From Lepidodermella squamata (Eukaryota; Animalia; Gastrotricha), in assembly GCA_047495785.1 (NCBI GenBank), contig JBLDXI010000073.1, forward strand, positions 1 through 64,000: a DNA stretch of 64,000 nt, read 5' to 3'. The stretch's first letter is position 1; every line of letters begins with the position of its first letter. Positions 26,601-40,500 of this stretch are shown here, in pieces. The translations under genes were made by a program, and so were the position numbers. The notes under the pieces are model-generated. The model was not told where the DNA came from, searched no databases, and worked only from the letters and a program-made list of their open reading frames with translations.

Positions 26601-27826
26601 CGCCTCGAAATATCTCTGATAAAAAATCCCATAATCATTGTTCGGAATACGGGCGAATAACCGCGCGATTCATCGAAAGGTTTCTGACGGTTTCTGTAAA
26701 TTGATTATCTTAATTTTTCAAAAAACACTTCAGAGCAGGATCATACTCTATGATATCTGGTGCATTTTCAAACTGAAAAGAGGCCTCATGATGAAGTCAA
26801 GTACATAAAACATGATTGAGAAAACTAACAGGCCTGTAAAAATTGGCTAGCTCGAACAAAGTCACACCCAAAGACCACCAATCGCTCTGGTTTGAGTACT
26901 TGCCGTTCCTGTAAAATAATTCCGGCGCCATGTACTGCTCGGTGCCAAGCCTGAAGTTGTACACTGACTGTTGATTGCTATTCGAGGAGCTATTGACGTT
27001 GATGACAGTTTTTAGATAACTGATAATGGCGAATAGATTATCATTCTTACCATTCTTCATAAATCTTCGTCACACCAAAATCCCCAAGCTTTACTGTACC
27101 ATTGTTCAGGAAAATATTCTCTGGCTTGATATCGCGATGGAGCGCTTGCTGAACATGCAGAAAGGCCAGTGCCGAAGCAAGCTGCCCAGCCCATTCTAAC
27201 AGCAAAGCCTGAGGGATGGGAGCTTGTGCCTTCTTCATGTAATCACTCAAATCGCCACCCGAGCAGTATTCCATGACAAGGTAATAAGCAAGAGATCCAG
27301 GCGTTTTCTCCTCTGGGTTAAGAAAAGAATCAGCCGTGTTACAAGGGAAATCCGTCTCGGTAGCAAGGATGATTTCATTTAAATAAGGAGTTTTATTTCA
27401 ATATGAGTTTAGGCGAACGAAAACCACGTTGTTCGGCAGAGCCCGTGCCGATCTGGGTTCAAACTTTCCTTGGCCCCCACTTACCTATAAAAGCTCCAAA
27501 AACATAAACAACATTCGGGTGTGACAATTTGACCAGTTTCACATGCTGCAAAATGTGTAAACGGCATATTTATAACAAATGGAAATGAAGCACGCTGAAG
27601 TTGTTACTTCTTCCTTGCTCAAATTGACCAATCTTTGGGCCATATCAGGTTTATCCGCGTGCTTTTCTAGTATTTTGCTGAGGTTGACTTCTTTTACAGC
27701 GTAAGGCGCCCCGTCGTTGCAGGTCCGCCTGCAGAGCATCGTTGAGCCGAAGTAACCTCTTCCTAAAAACCTCTCGACCATGAAATCCTGGATTGAACAA
27801 TACTTATTCTCCACAGCTTTAGCCAT
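23631..27826 (-). CDS. Kinase-ankyrin protein A: NEK-like Ser/Thr kinase + 26 ankyrin repeats, apparently intact
   Basis: Spliced exons give GRGYFG, YAVK, KEE, HPNVV, MEYCSGGDL, HRDIKPEN, DFG, YMAPE, SDWWSLG. The last exon holds a 918-aa ORF with 26 TPL-type repeats of about 34 aa. Confidence 0.92.
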
Positions 27827-28116
27827 GATTACAACTCGTAGAATCTGATCAATTTTAACACTAATCTGGGCTAATATAGCAGCAACACAGAAAAATCTTG
27901 TTTTCAAGTCATTTTATTAAGCTGATAAGATAAAACTGGCGTTGTGCGCCTATCAACTACTATGCCGCTTCTAAGTCTAACTCTAGATAAGCAGACGCGA
28001 TGGTATGAAAGTTGAATAAAACTAAATTATTTTTGGCGAAGATAATACTCGCCGTTTCCATTCACGTGTCAACAATTTCAGGACTTTCGACCTAACTTTC
28101 AGAGATAGGGATCATT

Positions 28117-29437
28117 AGCCCCTTTTACACTACTACTATGCGCATGGTAAATGATGGTAATTGATGGTAATTACTCAATTGTTGAATAACAAGGATTAGC
28201 TTGCATTTCAATTTTTTACAGTTTTATCGATCGCGATTTAGAGTGAACTAGAAGATGATAAAAGCATTTCATTTATTTTGTGCCTTATTTCGAGAGGCAA
28301 TAAAAGTTTGAGTAAAACTGGATCTGATTCCCGAGCTATATTCGTGCCTTAGCATATTTTATCGCGAAAAAATAATCGTGAAAATTAGAGAAGCCCTTGA
28401 CTTGAAGTACATTTTTTGGAAAAATTGCTTGCTGCATAATTTATTCAGGAGCTAATTTTTGAATATTTTTCTCCTGGTTCCAAGGTGTTTATTGACTGCT
28501 GACTGCTTTCCCCACGAAAAATTGGCACAAAATAATTTCAGTGGAACCAAATTTCTAGGAACAATTTCGCTAAAATGCGTTTACCAAATTTTGTCTCATT
28601 TCACGATTAATTTGAAAAATCGAAATAAATGATAGGTAAGTATACTCCGTGATGATCGGTTTGAGGCATGGGCGTCGATTCAAAAGGCAAATTTACTTCC
28701 GCTAAAAATATTTTGAAATCCTTATTGAAGATGTGTAGCATTTTGTGAGCTTCTGATTATTAAAAAAATCGTCTTGGGTAAACCGCTTCGTCGGCGCTTC
28801 GAATTATGTTCGCAAATAAGAAATGTTCGCAACTTCGAATTATGGTTTATAACGATAATTTTAGAAAGTCAAGAAATCGTCGTAATCCATATATCAAAGG
28901 GACTCCTCAAAATGTTTCTGAAAATTGTCTGATTTTAAGCCTGATTTCCTGTCATTTTCTGATAATTAATACAGAAATTATATTAAAAAAATTGGATAGG
29001 CATCAATTTTTTGAATAAGAAGAGTGGCAGTTATTTTTCAGTTTCTTCAACGAAGAGTAAAAAATGCGGCAATTATCGAACCTTGATCGGAAAATAAGGA
29101 AGTTCGTTTTATCGGTTCCGTTAAAATTGATTAATGGGTATGCTAAATTATTTCGGTTTTCATTCCTGAACATAGCCTATAGGAAAATAAATTCTCCCGT
29201 TTCAGAATTATTGGTTGTATTTCCCTCAATTTATTAAGTAATCCGAGGCCATATTTCGAAGGCCATAACGTGAACTCGAATAAACGCTATGAATAAAAAC
29301 GAATCTGTTAAAAATCGAAAGCAGCAAATTCTTCATTTTGCTGTGTTACTCACTCACCATCTGTTGTCACACAATCATTTGTAATTACCATCATTTACCA
29401 TCATTTACCATTCGAATGGTGTAGTGTAAAAGGGGCT
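28117..29437. mobile_element. Non-autonomous PIF/Harbinger-like element, 1321 bp
   Basis: TIR AGCCCCTTTTACACTAC...GTAGTGTAAAAGGGGCT with internal ATGGTAA(A/T)TG repeats; 3-bp TSD ATT (28114-28116 and 29438-29440). Confidence 0.85.
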
Positions 29438-29440
29438 ATT

Positions 29441-29849
29441 CTCACATTTTCAATTTAACAGGAATCTTATGATCCATGCACCATACCATAAAGATCTCAA
29501 CTGCTGTAACATCAGCGACTTCCAGTTCAACATGCAACGCGGTATCCCCTTCTAGGATATTGATTTTGGTTTAGTTCAGCCTATGAAAGCTCCAAAAACC
29601 TAAACAATATTAGTAGGATGTGAGATGTGACAATTAGGCATATTTCTTATGCAAAAATACATAATGTAAAAAGGTTGTAAATAGAGCGTGATTAAAATCT
29701 TCAACTCCCCCCACGCAACTTTACTAGCCTGTCTGCGAAATTGAGTTTCGCAGGCGGACCAGGCCGAATATATTGCAGAGTTGGATGGATGCCACCAGGT
29801 CGGATCCTTACTTTCACCATAAATAGTTTCGTGTTTTCAGCGAATGTCA
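29441..29849 (-). pseudogene. Degraded relic of the 5' kinase exons of a kinase-ankyrin paralogue
   Basis: Minus strand reads FADRLVKL (cf. FAERLVNL) and ..CATCCTACTAATATTGTTTAGGTTTTTGGAGCTTTCATAGG (cf. the HPNVVQVFGAF exon), with stops and indels. Confidence 0.55.
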
Positions 29850-30029
29850 TGGACGATTCTCTCTGTTGAATAGCCTTCGGGCTTCTTGCAAACCTTTCAA
29901 TAAGTATGAATCGTTGCACGCAAAAATGTTCCAACATTTAGCTTACCTTTTCATTTCCGATATTTTGCCGGAAAAGCTCCCCATTAATCTCACAATTTAG
30001 TTATAGAGTTTCAACCATTTTCGTTTCAG

Positions 30030-31373
30030 ATCGGCAATGTTGCACGCCCCACTTCGATTTTGTTGGTCGGAGCCTGAATGGCGAGGCAATAAATGGCCAG
30101 CTGCTTGGATAGGAGTCCTACTCAAACGGTGAGTTCAACTTTACAAGATTCAGATAAGGAACACTTTTCCGACGTGATTTTAGCCAGGAAGGTGGTCCCA
30201 TCCTAAGTTTCCTCGGGTACAATTCAGACTCTTTTCCTCAACCTTGATGTATTTTGCCTTGATTCCAGGCAATATCGGCAATTATGTACCGTGAATCTAA
30301 TTCAGATTTCGATAAATACGTCGATATACCCATCGATCACTACTTCATACCTGCGAAATTTCCGTCACGTTTGAAACCTGAAATGTTTGACATTTCAGAC
30401 TAATTTGAACTCGCTGTATTTCAGACATTGTTGAAGATCCGATTAATGGAAATTACGACAAGCCGTACGATACAGATTACGACGTAGGAGTAGCTCACTT
30501 ACGTCTTTCAAGCTCGACCAATCCTGATTTCACGAGCCAGCGCGCCGAAGAGCGGATTCTGTGCTTGCCGGAAAGTTGGGAAGATTTCGAACCAATGAGG
30601 CAAACTATTTATCGCGATTGCGTATCATTGGGTAAGCTGGAGAATCCAATCTTCCTGAATTCACACAACCTAACTAAACCTTCCAACCTCCAAATTTCTT
30701 AGTTTTATCGACCTGAAAATTCTATTATTTTAATGCCTTTCAGGATTTGGAATCAGCAATATTTCAAATTTCAAATTCAAGGCTGTATAAGGCTTTGGCA
30801 GCTCGGCAGCAATTAAGGGACTTCTCGTTCTGCCAGAAGCATTCAAATGTCAAAGACGCGAATTCTAAACGATTTTGCACAACAGCAACCCTCCGCGACC
30901 CTCTCGATTTTGATTGGACTAACAAAACTGTGGTGGCGATGATTCTTGCGAATCAAACGCTACGAGCTCAGTTGATCAAGTCTTTCGGCCAAGTACCATG
31001 TAAAGGCGACTCGGGTGGGCCGATGTTCTGCCCTGTCGAAGGAGCTCCGGAGTATATTTATCGATTCTCCGGCGTTGCGTCTTACCTTTACCATTCAAAT
31101 CCGGTTATGAAAAATATTTGCGGCTTAGGATACCCGGCGATTTTTGTCAATACTGTGAAGCACGTGGAGTGGATTCGACGGCTGATACGTGGCTGGCCTG
31201 AAATGATGAAGACTTTGGAGGCCGATATCAAAAATGCTAAAAAGGAGGCGTTACAGAAGTCGTACATTCATTACCGAGGGATGCTGACACAACTGTTGTT
31301 TGGAAGCCATTTGTTCGCATTAGGAGCAACGATGGAGTTACACACGGACGTAGTGGCTATTTCCGCGATGTAA
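30030..31373 (+). pseudogene. Trypsin-like (S1) serine protease gene, 5' part damaged or missing
   Basis: Exons with IDHYFIP, DYDVGVAHL (Asp), ILCLP, CVSLG/FG, CKGDSGGPMFC (Ser), PAIFVN..EWI. No TAAHC His motif found; in-frame stops upstream. Confidence 0.7.
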
Positions 31374-31444
31374 ACTGATAAAATCAATGAAGGAGCAGCC
31401 TGTAAATCTATTGGATTTCTAATTAAATCTTCCAAAGAAGCATA

Positions 31445-33024
31445 CACTGTAAAAAATAGGGGGGTGATTACCCCGAATTTACTCCATTCAATTGTATGGC
31501 GCTTGGGGGGTAAAATGCACACGGGGTGCATTGAAATTACTCCTCTGAGTTTTTTTCGTAAGGATTATTTACCACAGAGAGGGTAATTATCTTCCAGCAT
31601 GTCTTTCATTGCTGAGGGGTAATTACCCTGAAATTATTCTTAATTATTTCAATTAAATTTTTTGGAATTTATTTTTGAATAATTATTCAAATAGATCATT
31701 TTAACTTATTCAATTAAATAATTAATTATTCGAATTAATAAGGAGGGTCCCAAGGTATCCGGATGGCACCAAAGGCCACCGGGTTACCTTTGATAACACC
31801 GGAAAACGTAACACCCTTAACACACCTATAACACGGAAACCTGCAACTTTACTTACGCGCGATTTTACTTTTTCAATTGTCTTCTTTTTATTTCACATTG
31901 CAAATGAATGATTAGAGCTAGTTTTTAGCAAGGAGGCCTTTCTATGCAGCAGCGCTTACGAGCGAATCGACTGATTTGCATATGCACTAGGCTGAGTTCA
32001 GCCATTTTTTAGAATTCGGCTGATTTGAGTTATGAGATTGAATGCCGTACCGAGATTGAATGAGATTGAAGTCATTTCGCAAAGCAAATCGATAAAGTTG
32101 ATACTCCAAAGTTGCACCACCGAATAGCGCTAGCTCAATTGGGAAGCCACTGCTGATTGAGTGGAGGTGATATTTTAAAGGTGAAAACTGACTTGACTAT
32201 TGACTAGGTGGAGCTTCTTAATTGCTTTGATTAATTGCTTAGGAATTGGAGTTAAATTGAGTTGAACCAGTCATTTCATTTAGATTTATTTGATTAAGAT
32301 TTAGCGAGGACCCTGTTACTAATTGAGAGTTATAATCTAGAATCCGATTGAAGAACGATTTTAGAGAGTTGGCGATGCTAGCCACGTTGCCGGCACTAAA
32401 ATTAGCTGAAATTTTGCGTCATCCCATAGATCTTGACAATTAGCTGCGATTATTGGTTATTTTTGTTTATGTTTAAAATCCAACCCTGAAATAACTCGGC
32501 TACGGTATACCGTATCTACCGTATTATCAGGGAGGGACTTCTAATTTATTAAGGGACCTTTTTGCCTGGCTCAGGTGGCTGCAAAATCGATATCGAAATC
32601 TCTGAAAGGATCTTACTGCGCATCATATCAGCGCTGCACATACGAAGGTATACGGTAAAATTCAGACTCAGGATGTCATTGTGTTTTGACCATCCTCGAC
32701 CATGAGACATTTACCAGAGTTTATCCTCAACTTCTTTTACTTATGCTAACATGTTTTAGAGGTTTATAACACTAATATTTCATAATTAAAAATCAAATAA
32801 ATAATTTATTTATTGAAATAGAATTAACAAATTTGCGCGAGGGTGATTGCCCTTAGATTGCCACCCAAGAAAAGAATTGCCACAGTTAATTACCACCCAA
32901 GGGTATTTACCCCACTTTTACCTTGGAGCGAATTACCACAAAGGAATAGGCGAGAGCATTTACCCCTCAAAAAATTGAAAAAGGGTAAATACCCAGGGTA
33001 ATCAGCACCCTATTTTTTACAGTG
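31445..33024. mobile_element. Non-autonomous CACTA/EnSpm (CMC)-like element, 1580 bp
   Basis: TIR CACTGTAAAAAATAGGG.G.TGATTACCC at both ends; 2-bp TSD TA; subterminal GGTAATTACC-like repeats. Confidence 0.88.
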
Positions 33025-33096
33025 TATCTTTTCAGCTGTTTTACCTCTAGCTCCAAGGTTAGTTCAATTGTTGTTATTTTCATTCCCCCATTAATG

Positions 33097-33290
33097 GGGG
33101 TGAGCTGAAACCCGGAGGCACTGCAATACCGGGCCGACTCGTGGGCAGGGTCCAGCAAGCTGGCGGCACCTGCCCGGCTAGCCAAAAATCGGGCTAATAT
33201 CGTAGGCCTCACATGGAGGCCGTTGTAGATATTAAACTACAAAGAACAGATACTACACTTTGATCATAGCCAAAAAGGCCGAGAAGCGAT
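33097..33290 (-). ncRNA. U2: U2 snRNA, copy 3 (diverged paralogue)
   Basis: Same 5' sequence as copy 1. Substitutions in SL IIb, III and IV; perfect SL IV stem CCCGG..CCGGG; conserved upstream PSE-like block. Confidence 0.96.
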
Positions 33291-34012
33291 AAAGAAAGGG
33301 GCTAGGCCGGATAAGTACGGACCGTTTCTTCGAGTGATTTGATTCGCAACATTCTAGCATTTCTGATTATGCATGAAATATGAATTCCTCGAAAAAGTAA
33401 AAAAAAACGTTTGAGGCGGCCGGGAAACGAACGCTGTCAACCAGCCGCTAAGAAGGAAATTCGGGGTAACTATTCCTGAAGCAATTTTTGTTCAGACATG
33501 ATGTGCTTTTTCTAAAGCCCGGGCGAACATTGGAGATGGGCGATTTGGTTGACACTGGCGTCTGGACATGGCCTACTATTATCAGCCCTCGCGCACCCTC
33601 TTGAGAAGTTTTGGATTCAAAACGTGTATCAAAGGATACTATGAAAGCCTGACATGCTCTAAGGCAACCATATCAATGGATGAATAGATAGATCAATAGA
33701 TGAATGTCGTTGGTGCATCCCAGGTCAACAATATAAAAAGAGGTGGTTGCTTTCTAACGACTGAATGGGCTTTACGAAGCCTGTCCATCATTTCAATATT
33801 TCACAGGCATGAACATTGAACAAATTTAGATTCGTCAATTCTCGGTGCGGCCTAACCAGAAATTTTCTTTGTGCTGGTGAGGAAGTCGGCAAGTGAGCCA
33901 AGAATCAATTTTGTTCAGGCACCATCGCCTGCCCCATCGAAAAGCGATCATAGACCTTTGACCTTAGCTTATCTCGAAATCAATTTGTTCAACAAAGGGC
34001 AATCATTCAATC

Positions 34013-36640
34013 ATGGCCGCAGCAGTGGAGAATACTTTTTCAATAAAAGATTTCACAATCGAAAAGTATTTAGGACGCGGCTATTTTGGCTCAACAATGT
34101 TGTGCAGGCGTAACTGCAACGACGTGGCGCGATACGCTGTCAAAGCAGTAAACCTCACGCTAATTCGTGAACTCCACGCGGGGGAACCACATTTCGCCGA
34201 AAGAATGGTCAATTTGTGCAAGGAAGAGGTCAGCATTATTCATGTTACAATTTTTACTAAGCCATTTCTGCATTCTCAGCATGAGAAATTGTTCAAACTG
34301 GCACACCCTAATGTTGTTCAAGTTTTCGGAGCATCTCATGCTAGGTTGTACGAATGCACATACCAGCAGGTTACCCCATGAACACTACAAATTAGTACAA
34401 TCTTAATCTCTTCTATCAGACTTCTCTCACAGCTCACAACAATGCCGATTTTGTTTTTTTTCACAACAGAGAGGGACGCTTCTGGAGCTGAAATGTGTTA
34501 CCTTGCCATGGAGTACTGCTCAGGAGGCGATTTGGGTGAGTACATGAAGAAAGCCAAAGCTCCAATTCCTCAAGCTTTGCTGCTTGGATGGTCGCTACAA
34601 CTTGCTTCAGCCCTCGCTTTTCTGCATGAAAAGCAAGCCGTCCATCGCGACATCAAACCGACTAATATTTTTATACACAACGAAAATGTGAAACTCGGTG
34701 ATTTCGGCTTGGCAAAGATTTATGATTGGTAGGAGCATCACAACCTTTCGTTATGATAAGTTGACTACTTTTCCAAATCAGCTCTTCAAAAAGTATCCAA
34801 CAGTCATCGTACAACTTCAGGCTTGGTACAGAGCTTTACAAAGCGCCTGAATTATTCGGAAAAATAGGGCATTCCGTCGAGAGCGATTGGTGGTCGTTGG
34901 GTGCAACCTTGTTCGAGCTAGCCAATTTTTACTTGCCTGTAAATTTATGGGCTTTGGTTGTATCATAACAATTTGTAAATTCAAATTACTTTTTTCAGTT
35001 TGAATATGCCTTGGATATCATGACGTAGGTTTCAGCTCAACATTTAAAGTTGATAGCCAATGAGAAAATTTTTCAGAAATCGTCAAAAAAAGTTCGACGA
35101 ATCGCGTGGTTATTCGCCCGCGTTCCGAAACGTCATTTTGGCATTTTTCATTAGAGATAGTTCGAGGCGCATTCCGCCGCTAACTCTTCTGAACTCATTG
35201 AATGATCCGAATTCACAGCAAATCGTAAATAACGGTCATGAGGTCAATTCGGCAGAGTTATTAGATCCGAACTCTCCGCAAATGGTATGCCTAACAAATC
35301 GATAAATAAGTTTTGAATTACACTTCTACATCCTTTCAGCGTCTCTTCCGTCTCATCAGATCTGCAATTGGACGTGAACTGCGAGAGTGATAAAGGCTTC
35401 ACTCCGTTGTTTTTGGCTGCTCAAGAAGGCTGTGATGATGTAGTAGATCTTCTGGTGACAAAGTTCCAAGCGGATCCATTATCTGCGGACCTATTAGGAA
35501 GAACGCCGATGTACGTCGCTGCTGAAGCTGGCCGAGCAAAGATTGTTCGAATTCTTGGGAAAATGCCACAGAGAAGCGTTGAGACAGCGACTGCAGATGG
35601 TAAGAAGCCTATATGGGCTGCTGCGGAGAACGGCCACTCTACGATGGTTAGAATATTGGCGAAAGAAATAGGAGCTAACCCTCAAATAACGAATGAGCAA
35701 GGCATGACATTGCTGCATCGCAGCTCTGGAAGGTCACGTGGAAGTAGCGAGAATTCTAGCAACTGAATTCATCACAAATGTGGAATCGCCTATGCATTCG
35801 GGCTATACACCCTTGCATTTGGCCGTGCTCAGGGGCCACGTGGACGTGGTGAGTTCACTTGTGGCAGAATTCAAAGCTGATGCAAACGCAAAATCGAGAG
35901 ATGGCACGACGCCAGTGCACATCGCAGCACGGGAAGAACACGCAGAGATCTCAAGAATTATTGCCACAGAAGTCAATGTTGAAGCCGCTGATGATAAGGG
36001 CGAGACTCCATTGCACATCGCTGCTAGGAATGGACACGCGGAAGTCGTAAGAATTCTAGCCGAGGAATTCCGTGTTGACGTTAATTCAATCAATAAATAT
36101 GGCTCGACACCCTTGCATCACGCTGTCGATAGGGGATACTCGGAAATTGTGAGAATTCTAGTCGGAAAATTCCATGCTGACGTAGATTTCTCAGACAAAG
36201 AGGGTTCAACTCCCTTGCATTACGCTGTTTTGAATGGAGACGCCGAAATCGTGAGGATTCTAACCGGAGAGCTCCATGCTAACGTTAATGCATCTAATAA
36301 AACTGGATCGACTCCCTTGCATTATGCGGCCGATGGGGGACACGCTGATATCATGAGAATTCTGGTCGGAGAATTCCACGCTGACGTTAATGCTTCCGAT
36401 AAAAACGGCTCGACTGCCTTGCACATCGCTGCTTGGAACGGACAAGCGGAAATCGTGAGAATTCTAACCGATGAATTCCAAGCTGACGTGAATGCCAGAA
36501 ATAAAAAAGTAGACTCGACCATGCATTCGGGCTATACACCCTTGCATTTGACCGTGCTCAGAGGCCACGTGGACACGCGGCAATCGTAAGAATTCTAGCC
36601 GAGGAATTCCGTGCTGACGTTAATTCAATCAATAAAGATT
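34013..36640 (+). pseudogene. Kinase-ankyrin paralogue B, pseudogene
   Basis: All kinase exons present (GRGYFG, HRDIKPTN, DFG, APE). 44-bp deletion at about 35360 and 2-bp deletion at about 35718 relative to paralogue C. Scrambled, truncated 3' end after about 36505. Confidence 0.88.
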
Positions 36641-37429
36641 TATCTTGTATCTCCCGCTCGTGCAGAAGTGCAAATTGCTCCATAGGGGTCCAGGTGGCGT
36701 CACTGAATTGAATTACAGCCAATCGCTCCTTGGAGCGCACCTTTGACTGAATGAGCTTTTTGGCGAGGTCACCTGCCTTCTTCGCTAGGAAGGGATTAGC
36801 CATTCGGAGACAGTTGCAAAAGCGATAAGGTATTCAGTATTCAAAAATCTCAAGAACGGCAATTTATATATTGTTCTCAGAATAAGTTGAGATAACTGAG
36901 ATATGTTGAGCCGATCCAATTGCTATGGGGGTGATCAAGGAAAGACAAAAGACGTAAGACAGTCATTTCGCCGCTACATCGTCAGCAACCATGTTCAACT
37001 GTCGACTCGACAATTGCGACCATGGTGACCATGACCATCGAGTGCAACTCATGATATCGATTACTGCATATGCGGATAAGCACATATAGTCAACAAGAGC
37101 CCGCTCATATGACTAACTTGGTGGTGCTTTACTCTGCTCAGCCTGGCGTCATTTTTCACACTCACAGTAGGTGGCCAGCTTATTGAAATGCTAAATTTGC
37201 TCATTTTAACTTGTTGACTCATGCTGACTTAATTATTTATTGGCTTGGAGTTTAGGAGTTATTTTAGACATTTTAGATAAGGAAATAGAGAATTTAATCC
37301 AGAAATATGTTTCATCTTTTTTCTATTGATAATTTTTAGCTTTTAGAGAAAAATTCACCATGTTTCAATAGTAATGCTGGTTTGGAATACATAAATTCCG
37401 AAAAATTTCGATTAAATCAGGTAATTGAA

Positions 37430-37567
37430 ATTATCGGTCTTTGGTCTTTGGTCTCTGGTCTTGAGCGAAAGACCTACTTGGAATTTTGGTCTTGGTCTTG
37501 GCCTTACTCTCAAGTAGTATTGTATGGTCTTGGTCTAACTCCGAAAAAAGGAGTAGACCGAAAGTCT
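37430..37567. repeat. GGTCTT(GG) repeat cluster, probably a DNA-transposon subterminal relic
   Basis: About 8 GGTCT motifs in 130 bp; partner end not found. Confidence 0.35.
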
Positions 37568-40500
37568 GCATATTTCATATTTTAGGCTCAGAACTACCTG
37601 ATTTCGCGGAAAATAGCCCACAAGTTTGCTGGCCAATAATAAGGTTTGGCCGTCAGTAGGAGATAATGCGGAAAGGAAAAGCGGAAATTATTAAATGAAG
37701 TTGTTGTATTGTTTACCTGGACGAATAAAGCCCTTAATTCTTATTACCACATGCCCATAGCTAAACATTTTAATTTTGTTTTTAGCATAGTGATTAGATT
37801 AACCATGACGGAGAGCGAACTATCAGGCTTCTAGGGTGTCCGAGTTCCGAGATGGGAAAAGGCTGAAAAACCAAAGGAAGGAGGTTTTTGTTACATCATC
37901 TGCGTGGATCCCAAAACATTCCAGCTGCGAGCCATCCTACTTCGCACCCTGATCCATAATTGGACACATTTTTATTTTCGGATTTGTTGCATCTCCGAGA
38001 TGTGTTTATCCAGCATTTAGAAAATGAAGTGGAACTGAGCTGGGGAGTAAGATCCCCCATCCCCACTAATTGCATACACTCATGTTGAGTTAAAATCACT
38101 TTTAACCTCAATCAGTCTTCCCTCAAATGAAGAAGTCGACAAAACAGCCCCAAAATCTGTGAGATTATTGTCAGAGGCCAAACAACTGAATGCTGGCTTC
38201 GAAGAAAAACTGCGAGCGGATGTTTGCTATTTTGTAGAATATTGAAATACTTGAATGTAACGGATTGAATGTGAAGGTCATTAAAAGATGGCGGAAAAGC
38301 TGCTTAGCTGGGATTTTTTCGCGGATGCAGCCTCATAGCAATGGCATCATTGCTATCTCTTAACGATGTATAGCGGGGGCTCATTAGCGTTTTTTTCTTC
38401 TTCATTAAGAAAGGGATGCGAATAAGACTGTCATTGAGCATTTTATTCAACTAATTTTCAATGCGATATTTCATCATGAAATTAGAATTGTCTTGCAATT
38501 TCGAGAAATGAATAAGGAGATGTAGGAACCCTATAAGTGATTTCTATTTTAATCCACTATGGGAGTGCTTACTTCCAATTTAAGCGATTTTAAATTAATT
38601 TTAAAAGATGGTAATTAAGTTTAATTGAAACCTAATATTAATTGCTGATTCGGAGTGTGGCTTCCAACTCTGATATGAATGCATTTGCTGGTTAAGAGAG
38701 TCTGTTTTCACGATATTATCACAAAAATCGCTCCAATCTCCACGTTGTGCGTATATGCGTATTGGTGACCTGGTAATAATGACAGCAACAGCTTTGTGAA
38801 TGTGGTGAATATTCACAACAAAAGAAAAAAACTACACAAACAAGGAAGTACTGGGCACTTGATTCTGAAACGCACTGTATTATCTGACTATATAACTAAA
38901 CCACACGTTAAAAAAGAGGCATCATCATGAATACGTGTATACGCAACAGTTTGTTAGCATTACAAAATATTATTTTCAAAACTTCAACCACGAAGAATGA
39001 ACAAATGCAATCAGTCGCGTTCGTTTCTACTCTGTTGATGATCGAATTGTGTAACTGCTGCTCACCATCGATTGTTTCAAGACAGGTTATTGCGAATTAA
39101 ATTGCTGTCACTGCTAATTTTAGCCGACAACAGACTGAAAGCCCAGCTGTGTTTCGGCCCTTCGATTCAATTTAGGTGATATGTGTGGATAAGCCAACGA
39201 ATACAATGCGGTGCAGGCTAGTAACAAACAACAATAATCCATGCCTGGCGTCTGAAACCAAACTGTCTGGGGTATAGACTCTTAAAATTTATGTATTTGA
39301 GCAGCCGCCATTTCATAACATCCATTTTGCGACAGGCAATTTATCAAAACCAGCAAGATTGCTCAAACGCAATAACAGATCCACCCGTGAGACATTTGAT
39401 TTGTTAACACTTTTTTATTAATGTCTCTGCGTTGCATTGTAAAGTGTGAACCATCATGCAAGAACGATGGCTATTGCAGCAAGGGGAAATGTGTTTGTAC
39501 GACAAATTTTGCTGGCTCTGATTGTTCCACTGGTGAGTGAAAACGTTTGAAATCATCTTGATTATTGCCTCATGATTTGAGCTTCTCCGCAGCCAAGTGC
39601 TCTCCGCCCTGCTTGAATGGAGCAACTTGTGTCGAGACAAACAAATGCTCCTGCCCGCCCACTTATTCCGGAACCACCTGTGATAGACGTAAGCTTAACA
39701 TTGTATAGAATGCTCTCAGGATAAAAGCAAGGAGTCGTAGCCTGTTAATTTAACAAGGGGAGCTTTCGTCGAATTCCCCGTACATCTATTTAGGATTACG
39801 CGGAAGCGATAAATCGGCAGCAGTTGGGGCGCTAATCTTGTTCGATTATCGGACGCACTGTTGTCATGTTCTGGATAGGCGAGTGGATAGGAAAGAAGCC
39901 ATTCTCTTATTTAAAATTATGGTTTCTCCCCATGCGATTATTGGGTGAACTAAGTGCCTAAATCTGTAAACCTTAGTTAACAATCATCAGGAGGAGTACA
40001 ATTAAAAATATATAGCCAAATCAATATTTCATTTAAATTAGTGGGTACTTATAGTAGTTATTAAAAGAACTTGAATGAATAGGGACTAAATCCCTTCACT
40101 CACTTCTGAACTAACTACATAGTGCAATGCACAAATGCGTGTCAAAATGGAGGAACGTGCACGAATGTCGACACTTGCACTTGCGTCTCTGGATGGAAAG
40201 GACCGTCATGTTCTCAATGTAAAACTTGTTAATATATTTTCTCAATGAAGTTTATTTCTGCTCCAACAGTTGAATGCGTTGTCCATGCGTGTATCAACGG
40301 CGGGGGTTGCACTGGCCCAAACACTTGCACGTGCCTCGATGGTTGGACAGGTCCGGGTTGCGCGACATCAGAAAGCCAGGTAAAATTAGCCTTAATCATT
40401 AATTATCGTCTTCGATCTACGAACTTAGTGAGCTAAGCCTAAGAGTATCAACTCAGAAATTAACTCGCCATTGCTTTTTATTTTGTTAACGAATTTTCAT

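Noticed and set aside
36640-37100. Minus-strand ORF MANPFLAKKAG.. and adjacent GC-richer DNA as a separate gene
   Set aside because: No recognisable motif or consistent splice structure; left uncalled.
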